Source: a virus. From it: a stretch of 12,449 nt of DNA. A program made the translations under genes and the position numbers. Location of the stretch: UHGV virus genome UHGV-0116345; one strand, 5' to 3'. The notes under the pieces were generated by a model. It did no database searches. It was given only the letters and a program-made list of their open reading frames with translations, and had not been told where the DNA came from. Shown piece after piece: positions 1 through 5,242 of the stretch. Numbering within the stretch: position 1 is the stretch's first letter; each line of letters begins with the position of its first letter.

Positions 1-7
1 TTGCTCC

Positions 8-35
8 GTGTATTCACTCGTTGGAATGAATACAC
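8..35. repeat. Perfect 9-bp inverted repeat (gtgtattca ... tgaatacac) with 10-nt spacer; possible hairpin downstream of the minus-strand gene ending at 80
   Basis: Read directly: 8-16 gtgtattca is the exact reverse complement of 27-35 tgaatacac. No clear U-tract on either strand, so terminator function is uncertain. Confidence 0.3.
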
Positions 36-79
36 AGTGCAGTGTTTATTCTGTTGTTTATGCCAAAAATAAAGGACGA

Positions 80-703
80 TTATGCGACCTCGGAAGGAAG
101 TCCAATCATCTTATTCAAATCTTCTACCCGTAAAGCAGGAAGTGCTGTACTTGCTTTATCTGCTTCTTTTGGTAGCAACTCTTTGCTTTCAGGCCAAACT
201 TCAATAAGTCGCTTAACTGTTGTGACTGAGTTCAAAGCAGCCCATACATTTGATTCGATATCCTTTTTCTTGGCTTCAAGTTTTTGTTGCAATGCGCAGA
301 TTTCATCAAACCTTTTTGTTATTTCGTGTTCTGCGCTAAACATGCATTTATCTTTGGTCGGAGTAGGGAGCAATATATCTTCGCCGTTGCCGTCTTTCCC
401 ATATGAATACCAGCCAACCCTTCTGCCAGATACAGTCAGATAAATTGAAGTTGAACGGGCATCGCATGAGTAAAATGAACATCCCAGCTTTTCAAGTTCT
501 TCGCTTATAGCCATTAACTTGGATGATAACTGATCCACTTCCTCAGTTTTCTTTTTACCGCCAAACGCAACAACTCTGGCGTCAAGTGCAAGCTGGTTCT
601 TTAACTTTGTTACTTCTTCAAGCTCAGTGAAAACCCCAGATTTAATTAAAGCGTTACGAGCGATTTTCTCTTTCATTCTCGTAGTTAAGCGGATTGATGA
701 CAT
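80..703 (-). CDS. Hypothetical early-left (pL operon) protein, 207 aa, hydrophilic with predicted coiled-coil character; sits at the position lambda uses for ral/sieB-type accessory genes
   Basis: Long ORF in the track (80..763, TTG-initiated). I place the start at ATG 701-703, preceded by GAGAGGA with 6-nt spacing (MSSIRLTTRMKEKIARN...). Same strand and immediately downstream of the N-like gene. No family recognised. Confidence 0.6.
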   Translation of the reverse strand: MSSIRLTTRMKEKIARNALIKSGVFTELEEVTKLKNQLALDARVVAFGGKKKTEEVDQLSSKLMAISEELEKLGCSFYSCDARSTSIYLTVSGRRVGWYSYGKDGNGEDILLPTPTKDKCMFSAEHEITKRFDEICALQQKLEAKKKDIESNVWAALNSVTTVKRLIEVWPESKELLPKEADKASTALPALRVEDLNKMIGLPSEVA

Positions 704-764
704 ATTAATTCCTCTCAAATAAGTGGTTTGCTGCCTAATTTCATTTTCTGGCGACCAACACAAG

Positions 765-1037
765 TCATCTTGCTGTCAGTTGTTTGGATTTCCGGTAGCC
801 TGCCGCGTAAAGAGCTACGTTCGGAAGACAAGTTGAACCTTCATATTTTCTGGTCAACGTTGTCAGAGTTATCACTTCTGCTCTCATTGCTGGTTTGAGC
901 TTGCATTGCAAGACCACTCGTGAAGGGGTTGGCCTGTGTAGCTTGTCGGAGCTGATCGCCTCCTGACTTTGCAGATTTGCGCGACGAGCTCTACGGCGAG
1001 AAGCTGCGGTGCCTTTAAATTCTGTTTTTCTGGACAT
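765..1037 (-). CDS. N: N-like transcription antitermination protein (small basic protein with N-terminal arginine-rich motif), 90 aa
   Basis: ORF in track (765..1109); start refined to ATG 1035-1037 with GGGAGG RBS 5 nt upstream. N-terminus MSRKTEFKGTAASRRRARRANLQ is an arginine-rich motif typical of lambdoid N proteins. It is the first gene downstream of the nutL-like site on the leftward transcript. Call is by position and composition, not sequence identity to lambda N. Confidence 0.55.
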   Translation of the reverse strand: MSRKTEFKGTAASRRRARRANLQSQEAISSDKLHRPTPSRVVLQCKLKPAMRAEVITLTTLTRKYEGSTCLPNVALYAAGYRKSKQLTAR

Positions 1038-1136
1038 GGATTCCTCCCGAATAAACTTTGGCGATGCAATCTCGAAGCTCCTCCTGAGACGGTTGCTTCG
1101 GCATTGCATCCCACAGCTTATGTGGTTGGGTGATCT

Positions 1137-1181
1137 GGCTTTTCAGCCACGTAGTCGAGAGTCGACGTTGTTTAAAGAGCC
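1137..1181 (-). promoter_or_regulatory. nutL-like site: boxA (GGCTCTTTA), interbox hairpin (GTCGA-CTC-TCGAC), boxB (GGCTGAAAAGCC), read on the minus strand
   Basis: Minus-strand reading of 1137-1181 is GGCTCTTTAAACAACGTCGACTCTCGACTACGTGGCTGAAAAGCC. It is co-linear with the nutR-like site at 3817-3862 (shared GCTCTTT, AACAACG, TACGT, GCTGAAAAGC). The boxB loop GAAAA resembles lambda boxB. Confidence 0.6.
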
Positions 1182-1230
1182 TGCCAGTCTGTTCCATTTG
1201 GCTTCCAGCGTCCTGCTGACGGTTAAATAG

Positions 1231-1330
1231 TACGATATGTACTTTACAAGATCAATACAATTTGTTGTAAGTTGGCGTGGTTTTTTATAACGCTTTGTAT
1301 TTAATAGTGTTGTTTTTTAGCGTGGATGTA
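1231..1330 (-). promoter_or_regulatory. OL/pL region: leftward early promoter and operator(s); contains CTTGTAAAGTACATAT (minus-strand reading of 1235-1250), which shares motifs with OR
   Basis: Non-coding AT-rich interval between the terminator at 1441-1470 and nutL/N. One candidate minus-strand -35 TTACAA / 18-nt spacer / -10 TAAAGT. The motif CTTGTA...AAAGTACATAT recurs at OR (3534-3555). Exact promoter and operator boundaries not resolved. Confidence 0.45.
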
Positions 1331-1440
1331 TTGCCTCGGCGATGTAAGGAGAGATCAGAATTGCGTGGTTTAGTGGGTTGCATCTATTTATTTTTCAATA
1401 AATATAATTGGTTATGTGTTTTTAGGTGGGCGAACGTGAG

Positions 1441-1470
1441 GCAAAGAAAACCCGGCGCTGAGGCCGGGTT
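1441..1470 (-). terminator. Rho-independent terminator closing the cI / two-gene cassette transcript
   Basis: Stem cccggc (1451-1456) / gccggg (1463-1468), 6-nt loop, followed on the minus strand by UUUUCUUUG. Lies immediately 3' of the stop of the 250-aa gene (1474-1476). Confidence 0.7.
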
Positions 1471-1473
1471 GTA

Positions 1474-2226
1474 TTATGCTGCAAGTCTCTTAACCCAAGT
1501 CTCTCTTTTGGAGAATGGTAGAACTTGGCTTGATTCATGGAAGAGTAAGGAGAGTTGTTGCATTTGATCACCAATTGCTTCGCTGTCTATAACAACAAAT
1601 CTGTTGTTATACTCCTCACTTGAAGCTTTAAGATCAATTAGTTTCCCAAGCAATGAGTAAGCACTATTCCAGCTTCCTCCGTGTTTCACGCTTGATGTAA
1701 AAACGTATTTAGGTATGTCGGTTTTTATTGTTACAGGGACGGTAATTTGATGTCCACTCAAGCCATATACGTTTTCACGAAGAGAAAGTGCGTCTCTAAG
1801 CTCTGTGTGATATAGATAATCAATAACCATACTTTCAAACTTTTCAGCTTGAACTGGCTGATACCAGTCTAACGACAAAGTTGATGCGAGTATACCAGCT
1901 CTAATTATGTTCGATGTAATCGCACCGACATCCTTTTCTGTTGCCCAAGCAATGATTTCTCCTCGAGCATTGAGTTCTGCGCCTTCTTTAAGCAGTAATT
2001 GTCGTATCTCATCAAGTCGTTTTTTGGTAAGCGAGATCCCTCTTGCCTCCATATTCATTAAGGCATCGCATCTGTCACTAACTAAATACCTACCATTGAC
2101 TTCACGGATAAAGGCACCGACATGCTCTCCATCATCACAGTAAGTGAATGGACTGATAATTCTCAAGGTCTTGCCTATTGGATGGCATTCGAAACCTAGT
2201 TGTGAGATCACTGTTGAGCACATCAT
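1474..2226 (-). CDS. Unknown protein, 250 aa; downstream gene of the two-gene cassette at the rexAB-equivalent locus (candidate phage-exclusion/defence component)
   Basis: ORF in track. Start ATG overlaps the stop of the upstream gene (ATGATG / TGA overlap at 2223-2226), indicating translational coupling. No transmembrane segments and no catalytic motif I can assign. No resemblance to RexA/RexB by recollection. Confidence 0.7.
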   Translation of the reverse strand: MMCSTVISQLGFECHPIGKTLRIISPFTYCDDGEHVGAFIREVNGRYLVSDRCDALMNMEARGISLTKKRLDEIRQLLLKEGAELNARGEIIAWATEKDVGAITSNIIRAGILASTLSLDWYQPVQAEKFESMVIDYLYHTELRDALSLRENVYGLSGHQITVPVTIKTDIPKYVFTSSVKHGGSWNSAYSLLGKLIDLKASSEEYNNRFVVIDSEAIGDQMQQLSLLFHESSQVLPFSKRETWVKRLAA

Positions 2227-2780
2227 ATTCCAAACCCCATTTGCCCCGACTCATCTTCAAGCGGTAAAGGTATTCTCCCAGAGTAAGTTATGTTCAGATG
2301 TTTACAGAAGTAATTCCAATACCCTACCAGGTCATCTGGGTTTATGTCATCTTCGATTGGAAACGCTATTCTATCACTATAGTATCCAGCTTCTTCATAG
2401 TATACATGGTAGTGAGCACCGTAAATGATATCTTGGTACTTCGGATGATCGACCTTGTAACTATTCGTGTGTTTGTCAAAGTGATAGGTATCTACCGCGA
2501 AAACCCTCTTGTTATGATAGAAAGCAATAATATTTATTTTAGGGTAAGAAATCGGGTCATCAGGTTCTGAATCCTGATCTGGTTTCCATTTCAGTTCAAA
2601 CTTTAGCCCTTGTATAGGTATACAATCCTCATCCAAGGGGATGATATGGGCTTGTAGCCACATATCAGAGCGACTTGGTTTCTGTTTCCATTTAACGCCA
2701 GAAAAGTTAACTATTTTTTTACAATAAAGTACTTTATCAACTTCTACTTGGCTTGGCTGATAATCATCTATTTTTGCCAA
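2223..2780 (-). CDS. Unknown protein, 185 aa, acidic and His/Tyr-rich; upstream gene of the two-gene cassette at the rexAB-equivalent locus
   Basis: ORF in track; the first in-frame initiator after the upstream stop is TTG at 2778-2780 (next ATG is 39 codons in), so the start is uncertain. Codon usage is atypical for enterobacteria (about ten ATA Ile codons and several AGA/AGG) and the interval is visibly AT-rich versus flanking phage genes. Function unknown. Confidence 0.65.
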   Translation of the reverse strand: MAKIDDYQPSQVEVDKVLYCKKIVNFSGVKWKQKPSRSDMWLQAHIIPLDEDCIPIQGLKFELKWKPDQDSEPDDPISYPKINIIAFYHNKRVFAVDTYHFDKHTNSYKVDHPKYQDIIYGAHYHVYYEEAGYYSDRIAFPIEDDINPDDLVGYWNYFCKHLNITYSGRIPLPLEDESGQMGFGI

Positions 2781-2797
2781 TGTTTACCGCCCTGTAA

Positions 2798-2828
2798 ATT
2801 GTAGATAAAAGTGGTTTCATCACCCAAA
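2798..2828 (-). promoter_or_regulatory. Candidate sigma70 promoter for the cassette in the cI-cassette junction (-35 TTGGGT, 18-nt spacer, -10 TACAAT on the minus strand)
   Basis: Hexamers read directly on the minus strand overlapping the cI stop. Not validated; the cassette may also simply be read through from PRM. Confidence 0.3.
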
Positions 2829-3479
2829 CGTCTCTTCAGGCCATTGGCTGGCGATAACTTTCCCCACAACGGAACAACTCTCATTGCATGGGATCATTGG
2901 GTATTGTGGGTTTAGTGGCTGTAGAAACACCTGACCGCTATCCCTGATCAGTTTCTTGAAGGTAAATTCATCACCACCAAGTCTGGCTATGCAGAAATCG
3001 CCGGGCTCAACAGCTTGCTCAGGGTCAACCAGAATTAACATCCCGTCAGGAAAGCTGGGTTTGGAACCTGTTGGTGCGGTCATTGAGTTACCTTCAACCT
3101 CAAGCCAGAATGCAGAGTCACTGGCTTTTTTGGTTGTGCTTACCAATCTCTCCGCATCGCCTTTGGTAAAGGTTCTGAGTTCTGGAGAGAACATCCCAGC
3201 CTGAACATGAGAAAAAACAGGGTACTCATATTGTTTTTTAACTGGGGCCGATGAGTATTCGCCAACAGGTGAAAATGTCCCGTCGTGGTTGAATGATATG
3301 TTATCAATACCAAGGTATTTAAACACCACACCAATATCACTAAGAGATGGATGACGAGATCCGCGCAACCAGTGTCCAATCCCACCCTGCGTCATACCTA
3401 GCTCTTCGGCTAACTTCTCTTGAGTTATGCCGAGCTCTTTCATTCTGGATCTAGCCAGTTCATACCATTTCATTTTCAT
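2820..3479 (-). CDS. cI: CI-type prophage repressor: novel N-terminal HTH domain fused to a lambda-cI-like C-terminal oligomerisation/autocleavage domain
   Basis: C-terminal ~135 aa ([29 protein letters not shown]...[12 protein letters not shown]) match lambda cI as I recall it, including the Ala-Gly autocleavage site within VQAGMF. The N-terminal ~85 aa are unrelated to lambda cI but HTH-like. Start is either ATG 3479 (MKMKW, possibly leaderless from PRM) or ATG 3473 (AAGGA 7 nt upstream). Confidence 0.9.
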   Translation of the reverse strand: MKMKWYELARSRMKELGITQEKLAEELGMTQGGIGHWLRGSRHPSLSDIGVVFKYLGIDNISFNHDGTFSPVGEYSSAPVKKQYEYPVFSHVQAGMFSPELRTFTKGDAERLVSTTKKASDSAFWLEVEGNSMTAPTGSKPSFPDGMLILVDPEQAVEPGDFCIARLGGDEFTFKKLIRDSGQVFLQPLNPQYPMIPCNESCSVVGKVIASQWPEETFG

Positions 3480-3590
3480 GTCCTTATTATTACGCTCTGT
3501 ACTGGAACCATCCATGCACAATGTGTATTTTTACTTGTATTCGCAAAGTACATATTGTATTTTTTTATTCGTGTTTACTATGGAGGGCAT
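3480..3590. promoter_or_regulatory. OR region: divergent PRM / PR promoters and operator sites between cI and cro
   Basis: 110-bp AT-rich divergent intergenic region. Repeated TGTA/TACA-containing elements (CTTGTATTCGCAAAGTACATAT at 3534-3555; ATGTGTATTTTTAC; ATTGTATTTTTTTAT). Candidate PR -35/-10 pairs are TTGTAT / TATTTT or TTTACT / TATTGT. Operators do not resemble lambda's, consistent with the non-lambda cI N-terminus. Confidence 0.6.
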
Positions 3591-3806
3591 ATGAGCAACC
3601 TACGAAAATATCGAGAGTCACTGAATATCTCTCAAACAACACTTGCTAAGGCAGTTGGATGCACACAGGGAGCTATCGGACATTGGGAATCTGGTCGTCG
3701 CTTCCCAGACCTTAAAACATGCCGTGCTCTTGTTGCGTGCCTAAACAAGTTAGGCGCAAAAGTCAGTCTTGATGACGTGTTCCCGCCGGAACACAAAGCC
3801 GCTTAA
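3591..3806 (+). CDS. cro: Cro-like HTH (XRE-family) repressor, 71 aa
   Basis: ATG 3591 preceded by GGAGGG. Translation MSNLRKYRESLNISQTTLAKAVGCTQGAIGHWESGRRFPDLK... has a clear HTH. Divergent from cI across the operator region. The longer ORF in the track (3420..) is an upstream extension lacking an RBS. Confidence 0.85.
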   Translation: MSNLRKYRESLNISQTTLAKAVGCTQGAIGHWESGRRFPDLKTCRALVACLNKLGAKVSLDDVFPPEHKAA

Positions 3807-3816
3807 TAAGCGGATC

Positions 3817-3862
3817 CGCTCTTTGTAACAACGGACATTCGTCCTACGTCGCTGAAAAGCGA
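3817..3862 (+). promoter_or_regulatory. nutR-like site: boxA (CGCTCTTTG), interbox hairpin (GGAC-ATTC-GTCC), boxB (TCGCTGAAAAGCGA)
   Basis: Read directly. Co-linear with the nutL-like element; the interbox hairpins differ in sequence but both remain self-complementary. Located just downstream of cro, as nutR is in lambda. Confidence 0.6.
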
Positions 3863-3947
3863 GTTCCAAGATATCTGACCAACTAAGGCCATATGCGTTT
3901 CCACGCATACCTTTCAACTAACTATTCACTATTGGAAATCTTAAGAA

Positions 3948-4244
3948 ATGGAAAGAACAAGTTACAGCAAACTATCACAGCGCGACGTTGATCGCGCAGA
4001 AACAGATTTACTCATCAACCTGTCAGCGATTACCCAGCGCGGTCTGGCAAAGATGATTGGCTGTCATGAATCGAAGATAAGCAGAACGGACTGGAGATTT
4101 ATTGCTTCGGTCTTGTGTGCTTTCGGAATGGCATCAGACATCAGTCCGATTAGCAGGGCTTTTAAGTATGCGCTTGATGGACTCACCAATAAAAAACGCC
4201 CGGCGGCAACCGAGCGTTCTGAACAAATCCAGATGGAATTCTGA
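3948..4244 (+). CDS. cII: CII-like transcriptional activator, 98 aa
   Basis: C-terminus LTNKKRPAATERSEQIQMEF matches the lambda CII C-terminus as recalled. The N-terminal part is diverged but contains an HTH-like segment. Position between cro/nutR and O. Confidence 0.85.
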   Translation: MERTSYSKLSQRDVDRAETDLLINLSAITQRGLAKMIGCHESKISRTDWRFIASVLCAFGMASDISPISRAFKYALDGLTNKKRPAATERSEQIQMEF

Positions 4245-4276
4245 GGTCATTACTGGATCAATCCACAGGAGTCATT

Positions 4277-5131
4277 ATGACAAATACAGCAAAAATACTC
4301 AACTTCTGCAGAGGTAACTTTGCCAAACAGGAGCGTAATGTGGCAGATCTCGATGATGGTTACGCCAGACTATCAAATATGCTGCTTGAGGCTTATTCAG
4401 GCGCAGATCTGACCAAGCGACAGTTTAAAGTGCTGCTTGCCATTCTGCGTAAAACCTATGGGTGGAATAAACCAATGGACAGAATCACCGATTCTCAACT
4501 TAGCGAGATTACAAAGTTACCCGTCAAACGGTGCAATGAAGCCAAGTTAGAACTCGTCAGAATGAATATTATCAAGCAGCAAGGCGGCATGTTTGGACCA
4601 AACAAAAACATCTCAGAATGGTGCATCCCTCAAAACGAGGGAAAATCCCCTAAAACGAGGGATAAAACATCCCTCAAATTGGGGGATTGCTATCCCTCAA
4701 AACAGGGGGACACAAAAGACACTATTACAAAAGAAAAAAGAAATAATAAAAACACTATGTCCGAAAGTGTCCGGACGGAGTGTGAAAAATCATCTGACCG
4801 TCACGAAGAAACCGACAAGGCATTCGAGGAAATATTCTGGTGTGCAGGCATGCGGAAAGCCGGGAAAAAAAACGCAGCTTCGGCATTCAGAACACAGTTC
4901 AGGGAATGGCGTAAAACTACCAGGGGTACGGCAAGCGAGTTTGCCACGATGCTGGCAGAAGACATCGCATGCAGGAATGGTAAGCAGTTCGGATTCGACA
5001 GGTTGTTACCATCGAGCTACCTGAACGGTCAGCGCTGGAACGACGAGAAGCCAGAAACTATTCAACCACAATCCAAACCATCATCCGCAATCACCGTATC
5101 GAAAACTGGCTACGTGTTTTTCGACAGGTGA
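4277..5131 (+). CDS. O: Replication initiator O (lambda-like N-terminal ori-binding domain, divergent C-terminal domain), 284 aa
   Basis: N-terminal ~170 aa (MTNTAKILNF.RGNFA.QERNVADLDDGYARLSNMLLEAYSGADLTKRQFKVLLAILRKTYGWNKPMDRITDSQLSEITKLPVKRCNEAKLELVRMNIIKQQGGMFGPNKNISEWCIPQNEGKSPKTRDKTSLKL...) match lambda O as recalled. The C-terminal third differs and the downstream partner is a primase-helicase, not lambda P. Confidence 0.9.
   Translation: MTNTAKILNFCRGNFAKQERNVADLDDGYARLSNMLLEAYSGADLTKRQFKVLLAILRKTYGWNKPMDRITDSQLSEITKLPVKRCNEAKLELVRMNIIKQQGGMFGPNKNISEWCIPQNEGKSPKTRDKTSLKLGDCYPSKQGDTKDTITKEKRNNKNTMSESVRTECEKSSDRHEETDKAFEEIFWCAGMRKAGKKNAASAFRTQFREWRKTTRGTASEFATMLAEDIACRNGKQFGFDRLLPSSYLNGQRWNDEKPETIQPQSKPSSAITVSKTGYVFFDR
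4624..4755. repeat. ori-lambda-type replication origin inside O: four ~19-21-bp iterons (ATCCCTCAAAACGAGGGA-like) followed by an AT-rich unwinding region
   Basis: Iterons read directly at about 4624-4644, 4645-4665, 4669-4688 and 4691-4710, each an imperfect palindrome TCCCTCAAA..GAGGGA. AT-rich tract 4711-4755 (acaaaagaaaaaagaaataataaaaacac). Confidence 0.85.
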
Positions 5132-5134
5132 ACC

Positions 5135-5242
5135 ATGAAATCAAAAATCAAATCGTTACTGGTCGCTGGTTATAACCACGGCTGGTTAAGTATTTCGTTT
5201 GTCGATTTCTGGTTTAAAAATCTCAATCTGAGGGAATCATGA
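5135..5242 (+). CDS. Possible micro-ORF (35 aa, MKSKIKSLLVAGYNHGWLSISFVDFWFKNLNLRES) bridging O and the primase-helicase
   Basis: ATG 5135 is 3 nt after the O stop, with AGGTGA 5 nt upstream; its stop TGA (5240-5242) overlaps the ATG of the next gene. Below the ORF-track length cut-off; coding status unproven. Confidence 0.2.
   Translation: MKSKIKSLLVAGYNHGWLSISFVDFWFKNLNLRES

Noticed and set aside
42-443. Plus-strand ORF (133 aa) in the six-frame track
   Set aside because: Lies entirely antisense within the better-supported minus-strand 207-aa gene (80-703), has no RBS and a low-complexity translation; treated as a shadow ORF.
884-1230. Track ORFs 884..1114 (-), 1009..1230 (+) and 1015..1197 (-) around the N/nutL region
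   Set aside because: They overlap the N-like gene in other frames or cover the nutL regulatory region; no RBS, and the interval is better explained by N plus nut site.
1277-1567. Plus-strand ORF (96 aa) spanning OL/pL and the terminator
   Set aside because: Runs through the intrinsic terminator hairpin and the operator/promoter region and into the antisense of the 250-aa gene; most likely non-coding.
1907-2570. Plus-strand ORFs 1907..2143, 2144..2428 and 2298..2570
   Set aside because: Antisense shadow ORFs inside the two cassette genes; Ser/Leu/Ile-rich translations typical of the reverse strand of AT-rich coding sequence.
2956-3385. ORFs 2956..3204 (+) and 3140..3385 (-) inside cI
   Set aside because: Alternative-frame and antisense ORFs within the well-supported cI coding sequence.
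3420-3590. 5' extension of the cro ORF (track start 3420)
   Set aside because: The extension covers the OR operator/promoter region and the start of cI on the opposite strand; a GGAGG RBS precedes ATG 3591, which gives a typical 71-aa Cro.
3900-3990. Possible PRE-type CII binding site (TTGC-N6-TTGC) near the start of cII
   Set aside because: Only an imperfect GCAA-N6-ACAG arrangement (agcaaactatcacag) was found; not convincing enough to annotate.
4102-5024. ORFs 4102..4317 (+) and 4593..5024 (+)
   Set aside because: Alternative-frame ORFs overlapping cII/O; the 4593 ORF is a frame-shifted reading of the O iteron and C-terminal region.
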